In this document: piece after piece, positions 49,381 through 57,682 of the stretch
Numbering within the stretch: the stretch's first letter is position 1
Layout of the letters: every line of letters starts with the position of its first letter
From: an uncultured Actinomycetota bacterium
GTDB lineage: Bacteria; Actinomycetota; Thermoleophilia; Gaiellales; Gaiellaceae
DNA length: 64,000 bases
Direction: 5' to 3'
Assembly: GCA_963797465.1 (NCBI GenBank)
Contig: CAWCPD010000003.1
Coordinates: forward strand, 135,899 to 199,898
Notes under the pieces: generated by a model
Seen by the model: the letters and a program-made list of their open reading frames with translations, nothing else
Told to the model about the DNA's origin: nothing
Database searches by the model: none
Made by a program: the position numbers and the translations under genes

Positions 49381-50010
49381 CTAACCGGTGCGCGACCCGA
49401 ACACGAAGTCGGCGACGTCCTGGATCTGCTGCGCCGACAGCTGTCCTGCATAGGACGGCATCGTGCCCTTGCCGCTCGTCACGCGGGCGATGATGGTCGC
49501 CCGGGAGATCTTGGACGCGTCGAGGTTCGGACCGATCGAGCCCCTGCCGTCGCCGGCCTTGAACACGTGGCAGCTGCCGCAGCCGGTCGTGACGAAGACC
49601 ACCTTGCCGGCGGCGAGGTTCGTGCCACCCGCGGGCGTCGGAGCGGCCTTGATCGTGAAGGCGCCCTTCATGCCCTTCTTCGCGTCCCCGGGAACCGTCG
49701 AGAGGTACGCGAACATGCCGGCCTTCTTGAACGTGACGACGAGCTTCGCACTCTTACCCGGCTTCAGGATCGGTGTCTTCTTGTTCGTGATCCTGAAGTT
49801 GTGGAGCTTCTTGCCGGTGTTCTTGACGACGAACGTGACCGGCCCGGCCGTGGCCACCTTCTTGGAGAGCTTGAACGAGTAGTCGCGCGCTGTCACATTC
49901 ACGGTGACAGCCTTCGCCGCCGGAGCGGTCTGCCCGGCGAACGACGCCGAGCTGAGGAGCAGAGGCGCGACGAGCGCGGTAACGACGGAGAATGCTCGCA
50001 TACGTGTCAT
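49381..50010 (-). CDS. secreted cupredoxin-like domain fused to a c-type cytochrome
   Basis: Signal peptide MTRMRAFSVVTALVAPLLLSSASFA, Lys-rich beta-sandwich-like domain, C-terminal CGSCH haem motif. The C-terminal domain is paralogous to the 10468-11154 product. Confidence 0.75.
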   Translation of the reverse strand: MTRMRAFSVVTALVAPLLLSSASFAGQTAPAAKAVTVNVTARDYSFKLSKKVATAGPVTFVVKNTGKKLHNFRITNKKTPILKPGKSAKLVVTFKKAGMFAYLSTVPGDAKKGMKGAFTIKAAPTPAGGTNLAAGKVVFVTTGCGSCHVFKAGDGRGSIGPNLDASKISRATIIARVTSGKGTMPSYAGQLSAQQIQDVADFVFGSRTG

Positions 50011-50015
50011 CTCTT

Positions 50016-51284
50016 TCAGCCTAGCTGCCTGTCACCGAGGATGTCATCAAGAACTGCGACCGAGTCTTCGTCGGGCTCCGGCGCCTGGGCCGGGCTGCTC
50101 GTCTGCTCGGCAAGCCACGGTACGAGCGCGTCCAGGCCGCGGCGTTTCACGATGCTGCGCTGCCGAGCTGCGCCGCCGCCGTCCAGGACGAGGCGTCCGA
50201 TCCCGAGCAGCTCGCGGTCGCAGCCGAGCGAGGTCGCGGTCGGCAGGAGTTGGGTGGCGAGGTCATGCAGCCGCTCCGCGGTCCATGTCCGGGCGCCCGT
50301 GCCGAGCTCGATCAGATGGCCGCCGATGCCGTCTCGCGTCGCCAGCCACGCGTTCTCGACGATCCGCTCGTGGCGATGGACCGGCAGCGGCTCCCCGTCG
50401 TCGTAGCGCGCCGCGAGGTCGCAGACCAGGCTCTGTACGAGCGCGATCAGCGTCCCGGCGTCGTCGACCCGCGTCTGGGTATCGGCGACGCGCAGCTCGA
50501 TCGTGCCGTGTGTCGCGCTGAGCCGCAGGTCCCACCACTGGTAGCTCGAGTTCGGGAAGGCGCCGCCGTCGCGGGCCCAGATCGCGAGCTCGGCCACCTC
50601 ACGCCAGCTTTCGAACGCGGGTGGGACGCCGGCGCGCGGCCAGCTCTGGTTCAGCTTCGGCCGGACGGTGGCGAGCCCCGAGTCCTCGCCACCGTAGAAC
50701 GGCGCGTTTGCGCCGAGGGCGATCAACTCGGGGAGGTAGCTCCGGAGCGCGTTGTAGACCGCGAGCGCGCGATCAGCGCCGCTGACGGCCACGTGCACGT
50801 GCAGCCCGCACGTGAGGACGGTGCGCGCAGCCCACGGGTTCTCGGCGGCGATTCGCCGGTAGCGCTGCGCCGAGGAGATCGGGCCCGGGTCTCGGGTCAG
50901 CGGGTGCGCGCCCGCACCCACGACGAGGACGTCCGGCTCCAGACCGCGGGCGACGAGGTTCCTGATCGAAGCGAGCTCCCGGGCGACGTCCGCCACCGAG
51001 ACGCAGACGGGCGTCATCGCCTCGACCTGCGAACTGCGAAGCTCACCGGTCAACCGCCTGTCGCCGGCGCCGAGCGCCAGCGCGTACTCGGCTGCCGGCG
51101 CCGCTTGCATGGTCCCTGCATCGATCAGGAGCAGCTCTTCCTCTGCGCCCACCGTGAACGGGGCGACGCGGTCGAAGAGCGCTCGCAGGCGCTGCTCCAG
51201 CGCCGGCGCGCCGAGAAAGGACTCGGGCGAGGCGGTGGCAGCAGGGCTGCTCGAGTGACGCGGAAGACTGCGGACGATGCCCAT
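50016..51284 (-). CDS. carboxylate-amine ligase (YbdK / glutamate-cysteine ligase family 2)
   Basis: 422 aa. FTVGAEEELLLID, CGLHVHV and WWDLRLS...GTIELRV motifs of GCS2. Confidence 0.8.
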   Translation of the reverse strand: MGIVRSLPRHSSSPAATASPESFLGAPALEQRLRALFDRVAPFTVGAEEELLLIDAGTMQAAPAAEYALALGAGDRRLTGELRSSQVEAMTPVCVSVADVARELASIRNLVARGLEPDVLVVGAGAHPLTRDPGPISSAQRYRRIAAENPWAARTVLTCGLHVHVAVSGADRALAVYNALRSYLPELIALGANAPFYGGEDSGLATVRPKLNQSWPRAGVPPAFESWREVAELAIWARDGGAFPNSSYQWWDLRLSATHGTIELRVADTQTRVDDAGTLIALVQSLVCDLAARYDDGEPLPVHRHERIVENAWLATRDGIGGHLIELGTGARTWTAERLHDLATQLLPTATSLGCDRELLGIGRLVLDGGGAARQRSIVKRRGLDALVPWLAEQTSSPAQAPEPDEDSVAVLDDILGDRQLG

Positions 51285-51462
51285 CTAGATCCTCCTCGTA
51301 GCGCAGCGCACGTGCGCCGGGTGTGCGGAGAGAAAGAGCGTGCTCCACGGTAGGTCTCGAGGCTGAGGATCGTTCCGGTGCGCGTCTGACCCGAATGAGG
51401 ATCGCGTAAAGATCCGCAAACACGCCGCGGCCGGCAGACGGGCAGCGTCGATACTTCAAGGC

Positions 51463-53181
51463 GTGCGAGGAGCCCGGATCGGCATGCGCTGGTGGCTTGC
51501 GGCCGTATTCGTTGCCATTGCGACGCTCACGGCGGTCCTGATCGCGGCCGTCTCGTCGCGGCAGGCCGACGGCGAGTTGCGCGCGAACGCCGAGAACATC
51601 GCGCTCGGAGCCGCCATCTCCGCCCGTTCGGCAGTCGAGCAGGCGGCGATCGACGGCAACCTCGTCGAGCAGCTGCCCTCGATCGGCGCCCGCCACAACG
51701 TTGCGCTCTTCGTCTTCTCGTCGAAGCGGCGGCTGCTCGCGCAGGCGCGGTACCGGAACGTGCGCTGGAAGGACGTGCCGGAGGGGGGCGCCGCGGTGCT
51801 GACCGCGCTCGGCGACCGGCGCTACGTGGCCGCGTTCAACGGCGGCCGTTCGACGCTCGTTGCGCTGCCGCTCGCCCGCAGGAAGGACGCGACGGTGCTG
51901 GTCGCCTACGCGCCGCGGCCGCCCTACGGGCCGTCGCTCGCGATCTTCCGTCACGACGTGATCCAGGCCTCGATCTACGCGGTGCTGATCGCGGCGTTGA
52001 CCGGGTTACTCGCCGCGACCCTGATTGCGCGGCGACTGCGCCGCATCGGGACCGCGGCCGCGGCGATCGAGCAGGGTGACTTCGCGCTCGAGCTCGAGCC
52101 CGGCCTGCATGACGAGATCGGCGACCTCGCGGTCACGATCGACCGCATGCGGCGCCGCCTGGGCGCGGCGTTCGAGCAGCTGAGCGCGGAGCGCGACCGG
52201 CTCGAGCGGCTGTTGGAGCAGCTGCACGAGGGCGTGCTCGCGGTCGACCCTCAGCTGCGCATCCAGTTCGCGAACGCGAACGCGCGGCTGCTCCTCGCCG
52301 ACCTCTCGCTCGAGAAAGGCTCTCCGCTTCCGGTGACGCACGGGGGGCTGCCGCTCCGGCGCGTCGCCGAGGGCCTCTTCATGCCCGGAGCCCCGGTCGC
52401 CGAGGCGCGCAGCCGGCGCGAGGACGGCGCGACGATCTCGCTCGTCGGCGTGCCGGCGTCGGCGTCGGACCTCGTGGTGCTCGTCTTCGCCGACATCACC
52501 GAGCAGGAGCGGCGCCGTCAGGCCGAGCGCGAGTTCGTCACGAACGCTTCGCACGAGCTGCGGACGCCCGTGACCGCGATCGCGAGCGCCGTCGAGGCGC
52601 TGCAGTCCGGCGCGCAGGACTCACCGGAGAGCCGTGAGCGCTTCATCGACCTGATCGGCCGCCAGGCGAAGCGGCTGACGCGGCTGTCGAGCTCGCTCCT
52701 GATCCTCGCGCGGGCGCAGACGCGGCAGGAGCAGGTCCAGCTCGAGCCGGTCGAGTTGCAGGCGCTTCTGCACGAGATCGCCGCCGCGAGCGAGCCGGCC
52801 GACGGCGTCGCGGTGCGCGTGGACTGCCCGCAGCCGGTGGTCGCGGTCGGGCAGCGCGACATCGTCGAGCAGGTGATCTCGAACCTCGTGGGCAACGCGC
52901 TCAAGCACACGACCGAGGGCGAGGTCGTCTTGCGGGCACGCCGGGTCGTCTCGGAGGCGGCGATCGAGGTCGCGGACACGGGGCCCGGGATCACGCCTGC
53001 GGTGCAGACGCGGATGTTCGATCGCTTCTACAGTCTCGAGATGAACGGACGCGGTTTCGGCCTCGGCCTCGCGATCGCCCGCGAGTCCGCCGAAGCGATC
53101 GGCGGCACCCTCACGATCGAATCCGAGCCCGGGTGCGGAACCACAGCGCGGGTCGTGCTGCCGGCGGCGACGGCCGGATGA
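51463..53181 (+). CDS. sensor histidine kinase (HAMP-HisKA-HATPase)
   Basis: N-terminal TM (MRWWLAAVFVAIATL), HAMP, H-box FVTNASHELRTPVT, G-box DTGPGI...GFGLGLAI. ATG 51484 is an alternative start. Confidence 0.85.
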   Translation: MRGARIGMRWWLAAVFVAIATLTAVLIAAVSSRQADGELRANAENIALGAAISARSAVEQAAIDGNLVEQLPSIGARHNVALFVFSSKRRLLAQARYRNVRWKDVPEGGAAVLTALGDRRYVAAFNGGRSTLVALPLARRKDATVLVAYAPRPPYGPSLAIFRHDVIQASIYAVLIAALTGLLAATLIARRLRRIGTAAAAIEQGDFALELEPGLHDEIGDLAVTIDRMRRRLGAAFEQLSAERDRLERLLEQLHEGVLAVDPQLRIQFANANARLLLADLSLEKGSPLPVTHGGLPLRRVAEGLFMPGAPVAEARSRREDGATISLVGVPASASDLVVLVFADITEQERRRQAEREFVTNASHELRTPVTAIASAVEALQSGAQDSPESRERFIDLIGRQAKRLTRLSSSLLILARAQTRQEQVQLEPVELQALLHEIAAASEPADGVAVRVDCPQPVVAVGQRDIVEQVISNLVGNALKHTTEGEVVLRARRVVSEAAIEVADTGPGITPAVQTRMFDRFYSLEMNGRGFGLGLAIARESAEAIGGTLTIESEPGCGTTARVVLPAATAG

Positions 53182-53867
53182 ACGCCCGCATCCTGCTCGC
53201 CGACGACGAGCGCGACATCCTCGAGCCGGTCAGCTACGCACTCAGCCAGCAGGGGTTCGAGGTCACGTGCGTGGAGGACGGCGACGCCGCGCTCGAGCGG
53301 GCGCGGTCGGGCGAGTTCGACCTGCTGCTGTGCGACGTGCTCATGCCGGGCACGCTCGGCACCGACGTGTGCCGCATCCTTCGCGCCGAGAGCGACCTGC
53401 CGATCATCCTGCTCACCGCACGGGACGCCGAGATCGACCGCGTGCTCGGGCTCGAGCTCGGCGCCGACGACTACATCACGAAGCCGTTCTCGTCCTCCGA
53501 GCTCGTGAGCCGTGTCCGCGCGCTGCTACGCCGCCGCGAGCTCGACCGGACGAGCGCCAGCGGCACGACGAAGAGCGCCGGCGGGCTCCGGATCGACTAC
53601 GCTCGGCATCTCGTCGAGGTCGACGGCAAGAGCGTGAAGCTGACCCCGTCGGAGTTCAACCTCCTCAGCCTGCTCGCCGAGGAGCCGGAACGCGTGTTCA
53701 GCCGCGCGCAGATCATGGATCACCTGTGGCAGACACCGCATGTCGGTGACCCGCGCGCGTGCGACGTCCACATCTCGAACCTGCGTCGCAAGATCGAGCG
53801 CGACCCGAGCCACCCGGCGCGGATCATCACCGTGCGCGAGTTCGGCTACAAGCTGATGCCCGTGTGA
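53178..53867 (+). CDS. OmpR/PhoB-family response regulator
   Basis: ATGA overlap. Receiver ILLADDE...LLLCDVLMPG, winged-helix LTPSEFNLLSLL...VREFGYKL. Confidence 0.88.
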   Translation: MNARILLADDERDILEPVSYALSQQGFEVTCVEDGDAALERARSGEFDLLLCDVLMPGTLGTDVCRILRAESDLPIILLTARDAEIDRVLGLELGADDYITKPFSSSELVSRVRALLRRRELDRTSASGTTKSAGGLRIDYARHLVEVDGKSVKLTPSEFNLLSLLAEEPERVFSRAQIMDHLWQTPHVGDPRACDVHISNLRRKIERDPSHPARIITVREFGYKLMPV

Positions 53868-53936
53868 GCAAATGCTCATGGACTCCTTGACGGATCCTCA
53901 ACGCGCGCGCAGCGGTTCTCATGCCGATGGCCTAGC

Positions 53937-54233
53937 GTGGCCTACTTGGAATCAGCGGCGAACACGAAGGAAGGCTCGCTCGCCTGCTGTCACGGATTCG
54001 CCGTGGCGGCCGGCGACGAGCCGATCGGACAGGTCGAGACACCGGTCTTCTCCGGCACCTCGCTGGAGCCCGACGCGCTCATCGTCCGCACGGTGGATGC
54101 GATCCCCGGCATGTTCGCGGCCGTCGCCGTCACGAAGGTGGCTGAGGTCGATGAGTCGGAGGAGAGCATCACGCTCCGCGGCACACGTGATGAGCTCTTC
54201 GGTGGAGCGGCACCTGCTCCGACCCGCCGCTGA
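53937..54233 (+). CDS. small hypothetical protein (weak PRC-barrel-like pattern)
   Basis: 98 aa ORF with GTG start, between the two convergent two-component pairs. The G-x-V...IG-x-V...LIV pattern is only suggestive. Confidence 0.35.
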   Translation: MAYLESAANTKEGSLACCHGFAVAAGDEPIGQVETPVFSGTSLEPDALIVRTVDAIPGMFAAVAVTKVAEVDESEESITLRGTRDELFGGAAPAPTRR

Positions 54234-54269
54234 GCGGCAACGTTTCCGTCCGACAGCGGAGGAGCCTGA

Positions 54270-54956
54270 TCAGGCGACGAGTGCGTAGCCGACGCCACGG
54301 ACGGTCACCAGGCGCTCGGGCGCCGCGGGATCGCGCTCGATCTTCCGCCGAAGCGCCGAGACGTGCACCTCGCATGTGTGCTCGTCGGCCGTGAACGTGC
54401 TGCCCCAGAGGTGCTCCATGATCTGGCGCCTCGAGTAGGCCGCCCCAGGGTCCGCGGCGAGCAGGCCGAGGATCTTGAACTCGGAGGGCGTCAATGACAC
54501 GACCTTGCCGTCGACCGACACCTCGTCGCGAACGAGGTCGACCTTGATCGCGCCGACGGTGCGGACGAGTTGCTCGTTCGCCGTCATGTCCAGCGCACGC
54601 CGGCGCAGCAGCGCGTGGATCCGGCCGATCAGCTCGGCCGCCGAGAAGGGCTTCGTGACGTAGTCGTCGGCCCCGAGGTCGAGCCCCGTGAGCAGGTCGC
54701 GTTCGGAGTCCTTCGCCGTGAGCATGATGATCGGCACGTCGCTCTGCGACCGGATCTGCTGGCAGGCCTCCTCGCCCGACAGCTTCGGCAGCATCAGGTC
54801 GAGGACCACCAGGTCGATCGCGTGCGTCAGCGCGGCTTCGACCGCCGCCTCGCCGTCGGTGGCGACCTCGACTTCGAACCTCTCACGCTCGAGCGCATAG
54901 GTGAGGCCGCGGACGAGCGAGGGCTCGTCGTCGACTACGAGGATACGCGGACTCAT
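54270..54956 (-). CDS. OmpR/PhoB-family response regulator
   Basis: In-frame ATG 54956 (MSPRILVVDDEPSLV), D in LVVLDLMLP, winged-helix LTPSEFKILGLL...VRGVGYALV. Confidence 0.88.
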   Translation of the reverse strand: MSPRILVVDDEPSLVRGLTYALERERFEVEVATDGEAAVEAALTHAIDLVVLDLMLPKLSGEEACQQIRSQSDVPIIMLTAKDSERDLLTGLDLGADDYVTKPFSAAELIGRIHALLRRRALDMTANEQLVRTVGAIKVDLVRDEVSVDGKVVSLTPSEFKILGLLAADPGAAYSRRQIMEHLWGSTFTADEHTCEVHVSALRRKIERDPAAPERLVTVRGVGYALVA

Positions 54957-56798
54957 CGTGTGACTCCTTCTGTTGCGGTGGCGTCGGTCGCAGTGGCGAG
55001 GGTGATGCGGACGGTCGTACCTACAGTCTGCTCGGAGTCGAGCTCGATCTCGCCGCCGAGTGTTCGGACCGCCTCGCGCGCGATCGAGAGGCCGAGCCCG
55101 AAGCCGTCCGTCGCGGTCTCCGGCGCGGTAGAAGCGGTCGAAGATCCGTGCGCGGTCCGGCGCCGGGATGCCGGGGCCCGTGTCTGCGACCTCGATCACG
55201 ACGGAACCGTTCAGCTGGCGGCCGCGCATGGTGACGGTGCCGGCGTCGGTGTGCTGCATGGCATTCGTCGCGACGCTCGAGAGCGCTTGCTCGAGCAGGT
55301 CGGCGTCGCCGACGATCATCAGCGCGCTCGGGCAGTCGACGCCGATCTCGACTCCCTTGCGGTGGGGCAGCGACGCCGCGACCTGCTCGAGAAGCGGCGC
55401 CACCGGAACGACGCCGAGGCTCGGCAGCTCGTCGCGCGCGCCAGCGCGCGCGAGCACGAGCAGGGCCCGGGTCAGGCGCGTGAGCCGACCCGACTCGCGC
55501 GCGATCACCTCGAGGAACTCGTCGCGCGTCTCGGGCTCGTCCTTGGCTCCGGTCTGCAGCATCTCCACCGCGGTCACGATCGACGTGAGCGGCGTTCGCA
55601 GCTCGTGCGCCGCGTTCGTGGCGAACTCGCGCTGTACTCGTTCGTTGCGCGCATGCTCGGACTCGTCCTCGATCACGATGATCGCGTTCTCGCCGCCCGC
55701 TGTCGGCGGGATGCCCGCAACGAGCAGCGTCCGCTCACCATCGGCGATCCGGGTGTGGCTGGGAAGCCCGGTCGTGAAGAGCTCGTCGGCGAGAGCGCGG
55801 AGATCCTCGGCGGCATCCCCGGTGAGCGTCGAGACGTCAAGGCGATCCTCGACGCCGAGCAGCTCACGAGCATGGCCGTTTGCGAACTCGATGACCAGGT
55901 CGCGATCGACGAGGAGAACACCCTCGTTCAGCCGGTCGACCAGCCGCTCGAGCCGATCGCGGTCCTGCTCGAGTGTGTGGAAGAGCTCCTCAAGCTGGCC
56001 CCGCATCCGCTCGATCGACCCGGCGAGGCTGCCGACCTCGTCCGGGAAGCGGTCGTAGGAGTGCACGCTGAAGTCGCCGGCCCCGACCGCCTTCGCCGCG
56101 CTTGCGATGCGCTTCAACCGGCGCGCGGTCAGTGACGCGATCAGGAGCCCGAGCGCGGCGCCGGCCGCGAACGCGAGCAGCGCGGACTGGAGGAACTCCT
56201 GCCGTACGATCCCGAGTTGCTCGCGAAGCTCGGGTCGCAGCAGGTACGCGACGACGACGCGATCGTGCCCGCCGTGGATGCCGAGCCCGATCACGAAGGC
56301 CGAGCCGTCGCGGCGACCGACGATGTACCGCCGCCCGTTGAGCGCGGTCTGCAGCGCTTCTCGGCCACCGGGCACGCTCGCCCACACCACCCCCTGCGAG
56401 CGGAGCGGCGTCAGCGGCCGTCCCTCGGAGTCGAAGACGAAGAGCGCGAGGTGCCGGCGCTCCGAGATCGCGACGGCTTCGTTCGCGATCTCGTCCGGGG
56501 AGTCGATGCGCTTCAGGTTCTCCGAGGCCGCGACCGTGTTTCCGACCGCAAACTCCTCGGCATACGTGCGGAACGCCCGTTCGGAGCGGTTGCTGAGCAC
56601 GGCGACCACGGCCACGGCCGTGAGGCCGGCGACCGCGGCGAACGCCAGCCCGAGCCACCACCGCATCCCGATCAGTTGGCGGGAAGGGGGGTCGAGCGTC
56701 GGTGAGGACGAGTTGCTCAAAGGCTCTTCAGGCGAGGACTGCCTCCCCTCCACGAGCGAAAAGCTGCGCGCAGGCTCGACGCTTTCGTTCGTGGTCAT
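54953..56798 (-). pseudogene. sensor histidine kinase, single frame disruption near 55118-55127
   Basis: H-box FATNAAHELRTPLT, DTGPGIP. After FDRFYRA the G2 box (ETATDGFGLGLSIAREAV...GVTR, stop overlapping the RR ATG) is in the -1 frame, which merges HK and RR into one 842-aa ORF in the track. Confidence 0.8.
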
Positions 56799-57164
56799 CC
56801 CAGGCCGATTATGCCCTTGGAGGTTGCTGGACGGGACGCGGAGCCCGAATCAGTCTCAAGATTACTTGAGAACTGGATGTCGTTCCTCGCGGTTCGCAGC
56901 ACATCCAGCGGGTGACCTCGGTGTCGGAGTCGACCTGCTGGGATCGAGAGTTCAGGCCGATCGGGGCTCGGCATCATCGCGAACGGGTGGGCCTGATCGG
57001 CTTCCCGTGGCGAATTCCCGCAAGGGTTTTCCGGTTATTCAAGGTTCCTTGAGTAGTCTGGAGCCAATCCGTCGCCGGATTACCCTTGCTCGCAAGGCTT
57101 CCGTGTCCCGAATCTTCGACGCCTGGACACGAAGAGAAGCCCCTTCCGATCAACTGGAGGACGA

Positions 57165-57680
57165 ATGGCGAGTAAGTTGAAGATCAAGGTGAACGGTCTC
57201 GTGCACAGCGTGACCGCGAGCCTCGACACACCGCTGCTGTACGTGCTGCACAACGAGTTGCATCTGCACGGCCCGCGTTTCGGTTGCGGTCTGGCGCAGT
57301 GCGGCGCCTGCTCGGTGTTGCTGGACGGCAAGGAGATCAGGTCGTGTGTGACGCCGGTTGCCGCCGTGAGCGGCAGGGCGATCACGACGCTGGAGGGCAT
57401 GCCTGCTCTGTGGGCGTCCTCGCGTGGTACGACGGCTGCGGCGCCGGCTGCGTTGCATCCGTTGCAGCAGGCGTGGATCGACGTGCAGGTGCCGCATTGC
57501 GGGTACTGCCAGAACGGAATGATGATCCAGGCCGCCGATCTGTTGGCGACGACGAAGCGTCCGACCGAGGCGCAGATCCGCACGGCGATGAACGGTCATC
57601 TCTGCCGCTGCGGCACGTATCCGAGGATCCTGACGGCGATTCAGAAGGCCGCTGCTGTGATGGCGAAGGGTGGGAAGTAA
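57165..57680 (+). CDS. (2Fe-2S)-binding small subunit of a molybdopterin hydroxylase (IorA-like)
   Basis: 171 aa. GCGLAQCGACSV and CGYCQNG...CRCGTY, two [2Fe-2S] cluster motifs. Confidence 0.88.
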   Translation: MASKLKIKVNGLVHSVTASLDTPLLYVLHNELHLHGPRFGCGLAQCGACSVLLDGKEIRSCVTPVAAVSGRAITTLEGMPALWASSRGTTAAAPAALHPLQQAWIDVQVPHCGYCQNGMMIQAADLLATTKRPTEAQIRTAMNGHLCRCGTYPRILTAIQKAAAVMAKGGK

Positions 57681-57682
57681 CC

